Of a stretch of DNA of 64,000 nt, positions 16,213 through 24,823 are shown piece after piece (positions within the stretch are counted from its first letter, which is position 1; every line of letters starts with the position of its first letter). Both the position numbers and the translations under genes were made by a program. Location of the stretch: positions 2,334,413-2,398,412 of the forward strand of contig OZ241332.1 in assembly GCA_965200125.1 (NCBI GenBank), written 5' to 3'. The DNA comes from an uncultured Candidatus Binatia bacterium. GTDB lineage: Bacteria; Desulfobacterota; Binatia; Bin18. The notes under the pieces are model-generated. The model was given only the letters and a program-made list of their open reading frames with translations, searched no databases and was not told the DNA's origin.

Positions 16213-18413
16213 ACGAGCGACTCCAGCGTATTCTCAGGGCCGGGTCCCGCATCTCGGGACGGCTGTATCTCGGCATCGGCGGGGCGGTCGCGCTGACCAT
16301 GGCCGCCAGCCTGGTTGCCTGGTACTCGTTCGACCGGGTCGGCGACGCCCAGCGTCTCGTGAACGAGCGCAGCGTGCCGGAGATGGCCGCGGCGTTCCGT
16401 GTCGCCCGGCAGAGCAGCGCGCTGGTGGCCGCGGCCCCGCGGCTGACCGCGTCCGCGACGCGGGAGGACTTCGCCCGCGTGCGAGACGAAATCACCGCAG
16501 AACGGACCGCCTTTCGGGAGCGGTTGGAAGCGCTCACCCACCGCGGGGAAAGCGACGGCCGGCTGCGGCGCATCCGCAGTCGCGGCGGCACGTTGATCGC
16601 GAACATCAAGGCGATCGAGGCGTCGGTGGCGGAACGCTTCGAGCTGATCGCACAGAGTGACGCGCTGCGCGCCGAATTGATGGCATTGCAGAACCACCTG
16701 GAACGGATTCTGGTGCGCGCGATCGACGACCAGTTCTTCTTCGCCATTACCGGCTACCGCACCCTGGGCGAGCCGCCCGTTCCACGTCGGAACCACTTCT
16801 CGGAGGAGGAATTCCACCGCTATCGCCACCTGGTCGAGTTGCAGACGACCGCCACCCTCGGCACGCGGCTGCTGGGCAGCGCGTTCGCGCTGTCGGACGC
16901 CCGGCTGCTCGAACCCCTGCGCGAACGGTTCGAGGCCAGCGCGGCGAGTGCCGAACGGAACCTGGCCGGGTTGGGCGACGCGGCCGTCGTGCCGGAGCTG
17001 GAGTCCGACTTGGCCCAGCTCTTCGACCTCGGTATCGGTGCCAAAGCGGGGTTCGACCTGCGCTCGCGCGAACTCGCCCTGGCCCGACGGCAGCAGGAAT
17101 TGCTGGATCGCAACCGCGACCTTGCCGCGGGGCTGGTCACCGAGGTCGAAGGCATGGTGCGCACCGCCCGCGCCAGTGCGCTGGACGCCACGCAGGCCGC
17201 GGACGGCGCGATTGCGACCGGCCAGAACCTGCTGCTCGGACTGAACGTCGTCTCCATCGGCGGGGCCCTCGTCATCGCCTGGGTGTTCGTCGGCGCGTTA
17301 CTACGCCGCCTCGCCCAGTTGTCGGAACGCATGCGCGGGATGGCCGCCGGCGACCTCGAAGCGGAAGTCGAGATGGACGGACACGACGAGGTGGCCGAAA
17401 TGGCCGCGGCCCTGGAGGTTTTTCGCCGCCGATCGTTGGAAGCCCAGCGTCTGAATCTGGTCGAAAAGCTGGCCGAAGAGCTGCGCGGCAAGAACGACGA
17501 GCTCGAAAAGGTGCTGGGCGACCTACGCAAGGCCCAGGACCAGATCGTCATGCGCGAGAAGCTGGCCGCGCTCGGCCAACTCACCGCCGGCGTCGCTCAC
17601 GAAATCAAGAACCCGTTGAACTTCGTCAAGAACTTTTCCGAGGGCTGCAAGGAAATCCTGGAAGAACTCCAAGAGGAGATTCCGCCGGCCGGCGAGGAGT
17701 TGAAGGAGGAGCAGCGCCAGTTGATCGTGGACATCGGCAAGGATCTGGACGAAAACCTGACCAGCATTCACCAGCACGGCGAGCGCGCGAACCGGATCGT
17801 CCACGACATGCTCAGCATGGGCCGCGGGTCGGGCGAACGGCAGCTCACGGACATCAACGCACTGCTCGACGAGCACGCCCGGCTCGGCTATCACAGCGCG
17901 CGCGCCACCGACTCGAACTTCCAGTTGAACATCAAGGAGGATTTCGACGATCAGATGGGCGAACTCAGCGTCGTCGCCCAGGACATGGGCCGCGTCTTCC
18001 TGAACATGGTCAGCAACGCGTGTTACGCCACGGACCAGAGACGCGCCACGGCCCAGGACGGCGAAAACGGCGCGGGGTACGAACCCACGTTGTGGCTGGC
18101 GACGCGGCGGACTCCGGACACCGTCGAGATCCGCATCCGGGACAACGGTGGCGGGATTCCACCCGACGTGGTGGACAAGATTTTCAACCCGTTCTTCACG
18201 ACCAAGCCGACCGATCAGGGAACGGGGCTCGGCTTGGCGCTCTCCAACGACATCGTCCGCGAGCACGGCGGCGCCATCCGTGTCGAGACAGAACCCGGCG
18301 AGTTCACGGAGATGATCGTCGAGTTGCCCGTCCGGCCCTCCGCGGCAACGGCGCAGGGCGACGATCCGGCCCCGGACGACGCGCCCGACGACGAAGCCGT
18401 GGACCAGACGTAG
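16209..18413 (+). CDS. Sensor histidine kinase (two TM helices, a large periplasmic region, HAMP, HisKA and HATPase domains).
   Basis: GTG start overlapping the SBP stop (GTGA). The H-box is AGVAHEIKNPLNF, the N-box is NMVSNACYA, and the G-boxes are DNGGGIP and GTGLGLALS. Confidence 0.9.
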   Translation: MNERLQRILRAGSRISGRLYLGIGGAVALTMAASLVAWYSFDRVGDAQRLVNERSVPEMAAAFRVARQSSALVAAAPRLTASATREDFARVRDEITAERTAFRERLEALTHRGESDGRLRRIRSRGGTLIANIKAIEASVAERFELIAQSDALRAELMALQNHLERILVRAIDDQFFFAITGYRTLGEPPVPRRNHFSEEEFHRYRHLVELQTTATLGTRLLGSAFALSDARLLEPLRERFEASAASAERNLAGLGDAAVVPELESDLAQLFDLGIGAKAGFDLRSRELALARRQQELLDRNRDLAAGLVTEVEGMVRTARASALDATQAADGAIATGQNLLLGLNVVSIGGALVIAWVFVGALLRRLAQLSERMRGMAAGDLEAEVEMDGHDEVAEMAAALEVFRRRSLEAQRLNLVEKLAEELRGKNDELEKVLGDLRKAQDQIVMREKLAALGQLTAGVAHEIKNPLNFVKNFSEGCKEILEELQEEIPPAGEELKEEQRQLIVDIGKDLDENLTSIHQHGERANRIVHDMLSMGRGSGERQLTDINALLDEHARLGYHSARATDSNFQLNIKEDFDDQMGELSVVAQDMGRVFLNMVSNACYATDQRRATAQDGENGAGYEPTLWLATRRTPDTVEIRIRDNGGGIPPDVVDKIFNPFFTTKPTDQGTGLGLALSNDIVREHGGAIRVETEPGEFTEMIVELPVRPSAATAQGDDPAPDDAPDDEAVDQT

Positions 18414-18427
18414 GGCCGCGGCCTCTC

Positions 18428-18766
18428 TCAGCCCTTCATGGCGGCCAGCGCTTCTCCGCGCGAGCCGTGCACGGTGATGATCTTGTCGAAGCCGCTGATC
18501 TCGAAGACCTCCCGAATCGAGGCCGACAACGAGCAGACCACGAGCTTCGCTTGGCGTTGCCCGAGCGTCTTGGCGATCAGCAACACCGCCCGAAGCCCGG
18601 CACTACTGATGTAGGACAGCGCCTCCAGGTCCATGACGACGGACGTGTCGTCCGCGCCGATTGCAGCGTTGAGCGCGTCCTGGAACTCGCGCGCGTTCAT
18701 ACTGTCGATGCGGCCTTCCGGCTTCGCAATCAGGACGCCACCTTCCCGTTCGGTCTTGATATCCAT
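18428..18766 (-). CDS. STAS-domain anti-sigma-factor antagonist (RsbV/SpoIIAA-like).
   Basis: VVMDLEALSYISSAGLRAVL contains the phosphorylatable Ser context. The protein is 112 aa. The gene is convergent with the kinase gene and only 14 nt from its stop. Confidence 0.85.
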   Translation of the reverse strand: MDIKTEREGGVLIAKPEGRIDSMNAREFQDALNAAIGADDTSVVMDLEALSYISSAGLRAVLLIAKTLGQRQAKLVVCSLSASIREVFEISGFDKIITVHGSRGEALAAMKG

Positions 18767-19156
18767 CCGTTCTCCTTCTCCGGGTTATGGTTCGCTGCCA
18801 ACCCGACTCGGCATTGCCGCCTGGCCGGGGCCGATGAGGCGGACAACATATTTCCATGCGGCCTCGTTCGCCAGACCCTATGCCATCATGCGAAGAATTT
18901 CCACCGGGTTGAGCCGGGCGGAAGGTTTCCCTTCCGAGTCCTTATACTCAGTACGAAACCGCGGTCATTGCCGTCTCCTCATCCATTCTCCCCTGGTGGG
19001 AGAGAGATAAAAGTACGCTTCACCCTCTGGCATTAGTTAGCCGGGTATGTAATGCTCTTGCTTTATTCCTTCCCCCTCTGGGAGAAGGTCTGGACATGGA
19101 CCGGATGTGAAAAGAAACTCGTGCCCATGCTCTCTACCGCTCAACGGGGGAGCCTC

Positions 19157-19872
19157 TCAGCCGTCCGGGCCGAGGGCGGCGAGGAGGCGGAGCAGGTCGA
19201 TGCGGGCGATGGCTAACCGGAGGCGGGCGTCGAGCACGTCGTGTTCGGCGCGCACTACCGCTTGCCGGGTGTCCACCTCGGCCACGACCGTCGCCCGACC
19301 CGCCGCTAGTTTAGTACGGGTGAGGGTGGCGGCCTTCTGTGCTTCATTGACCGCCTGCTGAAGTCTTCGGCCGCCGATGCCAGACCTTCGATATACTCCC
19401 ACTGTGCCCGCGTCTCGGTCTCGACCCGCTCCTGCTCCGCCGCTACATCCCACCGTGCCGTAGAAACGGTCGCCCGCGCGGTCTGCACTTGCGCCCGCAG
19501 TAACCCACCCTCGTACAGTTGCAGCGCGAACATCCGGCCTTGAAACACCGTCTCCGCATACCGCTGCGTCACCTCCGCCAGCACCGTCTGGCGCATCTCC
19601 ACCGCTGCGGCTTCCGCGACGGCAAGGTCCGCTTCCGCCTGGGCGATACTTCCTGTGATCCGTCCGAAAGTGTACAGCGGCTGACTGAGATACAGCGTCC
19701 CCCGCGCCGACCGCCCGGCATATACCACCGCCCGCCGCGCCTGCGCCAACGGGTAGCTGCGGGTCGCCCCCTCGGCGCCGGCCCCGGCTGGCAGCCCCCC
19801 CAGCCCGACCGCCAGCAGGACGCCCACCCCGCGCCGAGTCCACCGCCGCCCCTGCGTTATTCTTCCACCCAT
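19157..19872 (-). pseudogene. TolC-like outer-membrane factor, frameshifted and about half the normal length.
   Basis: Signal-like N-terminus MGGRITQGRRWTRRGVGVLLAVGLGG. TolC-repeat sequence LSQPLYTFGRITGSIAQAEADLAVAEAA.. continues in another frame after about 19340-19365 (..QAVNEAQKAATLTRTKLAAGRATVVAEVDTRQAVVRAEHDVLDARLRLAIARIDLLRLL). There are about 238 codons in total, against about 450 expected. Confidence 0.75.
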
Positions 19873-21181
19873 GCCTTCTCCACGATGTCCACCAGCGGCG
19901 CCGTCAGATATTGCCACCCCGTCCGCTGCTCCCCCCCCACCAGCACGTGTCCACCGGCATCCCCGGCTCCAGCGTGACCTCCCCCAGCTTCGCCAGCTCC
20001 GCCTCCGGGACCGTGATCCGCGCGGCGTAGTACGCTTCCCGCGTCGCCTCGTCCTGGAAGGCGTCCGGCGACACCCGCTCCACCCGCCCCTGTACCGTCG
20101 GCGTCGTGCGCGCACTGAAGGCCGAGAACCGCAACCGCGCCGTTTGTCCCGCCTGCACCCGATCGATGTCCGTCGGGCGAATCCGTCCCTCCACGATCAA
20201 CGGCGTGTCCGCCGGCACCAAGTGTAGAATCGCCTCCCCCGGCGCAATCACCCCGCCCACGGTCTACGCCGTCAACCCGATCACCTTCCCCGCCTGGGGG
20301 CCACGATCTGCGTCCGGTGCAGGATGTCCTCCACCGCCACGAGGCGTTCGCGGACGGCGTACCATTCCTGTTGGGCTTCGCTCAGCCGGTCTGCCACGTC
20401 CTTGTGCCGCGTATGCTCCACCTGTAGGATCTCTTGCCGCGTCTCCCCGATGGCGACTCGCGCTGCGGCGATCTCGGCGGTCAGACTCCCGATCCGGCCC
20501 GCGGTCTGTTCGGCTTCCCGCTGCCGGGCGATCAGCGTCCCCTCGTCCGCCAACTGCCGCGCGTGCAAGCCCCGCAGGATGTCCACGTCGCGCTTGATGA
20601 GGACCTGTTCGCGCTCATGCGCCGCCCGGCTGGCGGCCAACCCCCGAATGCGTTCCTCGTACTGCTCGATCCGATGCTGCAACAAGTCGATCTGGCCCTG
20701 GTATTCCCGCCGCCGAACCGCGAACAGGTCCCGCTGTGTCGTTAATAGAACCGCGACTTACGGTTCGTCTCGTCGGGCGCTCAACTCCGCGGCAAACGCG
20801 ATCTCGTCCTGTTCCTCTCGTTCCGCCTGCAACCGGTCGAGTTCGGCCCGCAAGCCCACCGCGCGTGTATCCAACCGTTCCCGCTCCGCCCGGGCCTGAG
20901 TGTCCTGCAAGTCCACCAACACGTCGCCTGCCTGCACCTCGCTGCCCTCGTGCACATGTACCGTCTCCACGATGCCGCCTTCCAGATGTTGAATCGTCTG
21001 GTGTTTCACGCTCCACCGCGACCGTGCCGACGGCCACCACGCCCTCGGTCAGCGGCACCAACACCGCCCATGCTCCGAACCCGCCCAACGCTACGGCGAC
21101 TACGACCGCCCCGATCCGCATGTCCCGCAATGGCCGCCGCAGGTCGGTCGCCTGCAGGGGAGACTCTGATGATGCGCCCAT
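19857..21181 (-). pseudogene. HlyD-family membrane fusion protein with several frameshifts and two in-frame stops.
   Basis: Family sequence is spread over ORFs 20615..21181, 20758..21009, 20281..20685 and 19904..20260, plus a third-frame tail (..GEQRTGWQYLTAPLVDIVEKAWVEE*). In-frame stops are TAA at 20758-20760 and TAG at 20264-20266. Frameshifts fall at a 5-nt run (20296-20300) and an 8-nt C run (19931-19938). Confidence 0.85.
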
Positions 21182-21471
21182 CGCTCATGTTTCAGGTTGA
21201 GAGTTCCTTGGACGGCACGGCTTTCCTCGTCCTTGCCCCGGTCAGGCCGGGGGGAGGCTCTCGCCCTCTCCCGCCAGGGGAGCGGGGAGAGAGAAGCCAC
21301 GCGAGGACGATGGCAAAGAGGATGACGGACTTGCCGATCCCGAAGACCGGGTTTCCTCGTCATACCGGCGCAAGCCGGTCTCCAACCTCTGGATTCCCGC
21401 TTTCGCGGGACTGACGACCGGGTGGGATCTTCAAGGATGGAATTCCCTTTGCAACCTGAGGGACTCCCCGC

Positions 21472-23148
21472 TCATCCCGCCTGCCTGCGCACCGAGGGTT
21501 GGGCCGGGAGGACCAGCCGTTGCAACACCGCGTCCCGGGGCCCCGCCTCGGCCAATACTCCATCTTGCAGAACCGACACCTGATCCACGCCCCGCACCAG
21601 CCGCGGGGTGTGCGTCACCAGCACTACCGTCGCTGGCCGCTGCTTCAACGTCTGCACCGTCTTCAGCAACGCCACTTCTCCCGCCGCATCCAGGTTCGCG
21701 TCCGGTTCGTCCAACACCACCAAGACCGGGTCTCCGTACACCGCCCTCGGCCACCGCGGTGTCGTAGTGCTCCGGTAGCCGCATCAAGACCGGGTGGCAG
21801 TGCGCCAACTGCGCCGCTTCCAGCACGGCGGTATCGTCCGGCGCGCCGAGCCGCGCGATGTTCTCGGTGAGGCTACCCTCGAACAATTCCACTTCCTGCG
21901 GCAGGTAGCCGACATGTTGGAACCGACGCTCCGCCGGCCATTCGCCGATCTCGGCTCCGTCCAGACGCACCTGCCCAGCCTGCGCCGGCCACACGCCCAC
22001 CAACACCCGCGCCAGCGTGATCTTCCCGCTCCCGCTCGGCCCCACCACCGCCGTCACCGTCCCCGGCCGGAGGGTGAAGCTGACACCGTGCAGTACCGGC
22101 CGGTTGGCCCCCGGCGGGGCGGCGATCACGCCTTCGACCTGCACCACGCCTTGGGGCCGCGGCAAGGTGGGGCTGCGGGTGTCCAGCGACGGGGTCCGCT
22201 GCAGCAGCGCGTTCAGCCGACCCCACGCCGTGCGCGCCGTCACGCACTCCCGCCACGCCGCAATCCCCTGCTCGATCGGCGCCAGCGCCCGGCTCAGGAT
22301 GATCGACGCCACGATCATCATCCCCGGCGTGAGTTCCTGCGCCAACACCAGCCACGCCCCCAATCCCAACGTCCCTACCTGCACCGTCTGCCGGACCGTC
22401 TTCGTCGTCGCCAACAGTGCGCTCAGCCGCGCCCCGCCTTCCGCCGCGCCCGCCACGCTCCCGTCCTGCTTCCGGCGCCAGCGCTGCCGGAATGCGCCGT
22501 ACATCCCCATCGCCGCCAGCACGTCGACGGGGCGCAAGCCGTTCTCTGCGAAGCGTTGCGCTTTCGCCGCCTGCTCCGTTGCCCGCCGGTACGGCCCCCG
22601 CGAGCGTGTCTCCGTCAAGACGCCCAATCCCAGCAACACCCCGGTGCTCAGCAGGGCCAACACGCCCAGCCACGGATGCAGCAGAAACACCGCGCTCAGA
22701 AACACCGGCGTCCACGGCGCGTCGAAGAACGCCAGCGTCGAGGGCGTGTTCAGGAATTGGCGGACCGTGGTCAGGTCGCGCACCGGTTGCCCGCCGCTCT
22801 GCCGCGCCCGCCGCAGGCGGCGTGGTAGCTGCCCGCCAAGACCGCATCGACGGCGCCGTCATGCAGCGTCAGCGCCACGCGCGTCATCAACCGCTGCCGA
22901 ATCCAGTCCAGCAGCCCGAAACAACTCAACAGGAAGACGGCAACTCCAGTCAGGGCAATCAATGTCGCATGGCTCGCACTCAGCAGCACCCGGTCGTAGA
23001 TCTGCAGCATGTACACCGGCGCCACCAACAACAGCACGTTCGCCGCTGCACTGAACACCGCGACGCCGATGACCCCGCCCCGACACCGACGCAACGCTCT
23101 CTGAAGAGGAGGCGCCGGGGCATGGCCGGCGGAGGGAGCGAACACCAT
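21472..23148 (-). pseudogene. Type I secretion ABC transporter (PrtD/HlyB-type permease-ATPase), frameshifted and lacking the ABC signature motif.
   Basis: The N-terminal TMD (VFSAAANVLLLVAPVYMLQIYDRVL) lies in the frame of ORF 22771..23577. The rest is in ORF 21431..22783 (Walker A GPSGSGKIT). At about 21738-21750 the sequence goes ..EHYDTAVAEGG directly to (V)YGDPVLVVLDEPDANLD in another frame, so the LSGGQ signature block is deleted. Confidence 0.85.
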
Positions 23149-23185
23149 GCGGCGGGTATTTTTCTGGAGGCAATCGCAACGAAAC

Positions 23186-23216
23186 GGGCGGGGCCACCTT
23201 GAGGCCGGCCCCGCCC
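23186..23216 (-). promoter_or_regulatory. Perfect 10-bp GC hairpin between the RTX gene remnant and the ABC gene (possible intercistronic attenuator or REP unit).
   Basis: gggcggggcc (23186-23195) pairs with ggccccgccc (23207-23216) across an 11-nt loop. A similar stem occurs at 58389-58422. Confidence 0.4.
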
Positions 23217-23230
23217 GGAAGGTGGGGTAT

Positions 23231-24146
23231 CCCAACAGCAGATCCGCGTCGGCCAGGGTGTAATGGCCTCCCTCCAACGTTACCTGAAAGTCCGCCACCC
23301 CGTTCCCGTCCAGGTCCGCCGTCACATTCGTGTACAGCGTGTCGTTCGTCGTGTCCGTCGTGTCTCCCCGGTGGGTGTACCGTACCGATCCTGCCCCACT
23401 ACGCGTCTGCGCGGTTCCGCTGAACGCGGTGGTCCCGATGAAGGTCAGTTTCGTCCCAGCAGGAACATCCGAGTGCTCTAGCAGCCCCCGCAGGTCCAAC
23501 CGGTCGCCCTGGCTCTGCGAAAAGTCTTTCACCACATCCGTCTCCGCCGGCAGCGCCGCGTCCGTCGTCGGATTCATGCGACACTCTCCTGCTCGAAGAC
23601 GAAGGTGTCCGCCCCGCCGCCGCCGTACAGGGTATCGCGGCCCGCCCCACCGTCCAGGTAGTCATCCCCGGCTCTCCCGAACAACCCATTCCCAGATCCT
23701 GAGTCGTCGCCGGCATCCCCATACAGATTGTCGTTGTCGGCGCCCCCGTCCAGGTAGTCGCCACCACCTCCCCCATACAGGGTGTCATTCCCGCTTCTTC
23801 CGTACAGCTTGTCGGTATCGTTTCCTTGGAGGTTGAAATGGTGCCCATACAGGATGTCATGCCCCTCGCCCCCATCCAGGTAGTCAGGCTCAGCCCAGCC
23901 CTCCGGGATGTCGTGCCCCAGACCCCCGTACAGGGGTTACTGCCGCTCCGCCCTATTAGCTGGTCTGGCCCGCCTTCCCCCATAGAGGTAGTCGTTGCCC
24001 TCTCTCCCATTCAGCTTGTCGCCGTGATCACCCCCCCACAGGGTGTCGTTGCCCGTCAGACCATCCAACGAATCAAAGCCGTTCGCATAGTCAACGGTGA
24101 GAAGGTCATGCTTATTTCTTTTCGAGTCACCTTTAAGTATCGCCAT
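23231..24146 (-). pseudogene. Small RTX (hemolysin-type calcium-binding repeat) protein with a T1SS C-terminal target-like domain, split over three frames.
   Basis: From ATG 24146 the sequence reads MAILKGDSKRNKHDLLTVDYANGFDSLDGLTGNDTLWGGDHGDKLNGREGNDYLYGG. My reverse translation then continues in shifted frames: EGGPDQLIGRSGSN / LYGGLGHD..DYLDGGEGHDILYG..GNDTLYGGGGGDYLDGGADNDNLYGDAGDD..GDDYLDGGAGRDTLYGGGGADTFVF. The last part is ..DVVKDFSQSQGDRLDLRGLL.. in ORF 22771..23577. Confidence 0.8.
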
Positions 24147-24823
24147 CGTTGGCTCCTTTCCTTCGATACCGGCCCGCAGGCCGGGGCAATGGAGGGATGT
24201 TCCCTCCCGGTTACGTTTTCACCTTCAGTCGCCGACCAAGCCGCAGCCGACGACCCCCCGTAAGTTGGTTTCGCACCGTCCTCCTTTCGGTTGGGGTTGC
24301 CGCTTCGTTCGGGTCCCTCATGGCGGGCCTCCGGTCCCGTTCGCAGGTCTGCGCCCTGCCTGCGAACTTCTGCCGCTGTGGGGGGTCTGTTCCCCCTTCA
24401 CGAGCCGGGGGAACGTCTTGGGTGGTAGAAAATCCGCAAGACGAGACGCAGCCACGCCACACGGAACCCTGTCGGGAACGGGCTTGGGAACCCGGCCCAA
24501 GCTGCCGAGACGGATAGGGCGCCGGCGAAGCCGCGCTATCAGACAGAAGCTGAGGGGGAAATTCCGCGGGGCTGTGTCGGCGGATGGCCTTTCGGCGGTC
24601 ACAGGGGTTACGTCATGGGTCATGTCCAATTCCCGCTTCCTTCCCGCACGCTGCATTGGAAGGTGGTCCTGCACCACACCAAAAACTGGAAGTCAAACAT
24701 CGGGAGTGCCTGTCAGCAGCGGTTTCGGTTGCTCAACCGGCAACGTGGACGTTCCGTTTGCGTTCTCGGGGTGAAAATTCGAACAACATCACTACCGGTT
24801 TCATCGACGGTCCGAGCGAACGT

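Noticed and set aside
22771-23577. 268-aa ORF that appears to fuse the RTX C-terminal domain to the N-terminus of the ABC transporter.
   Set aside because: It is a read-through artefact of a stop-poor frame. A perfect GC hairpin (23186-23216) and an ATG with the normal PrtD-type N-terminus (23148) lie between the two parts.
19157-24146. Explaining the broken T1SS genes as sequencing or assembly indel errors.
   Set aside because: Two lesions are at homopolymers and could be errors. The locus also has two in-frame stop codons, a multi-codon deletion of the ABC signature motif and a half-length TolC, while about 50 neighbouring genes are intact. I report it as pseudogenisation, and read-level confirmation is still desirable.
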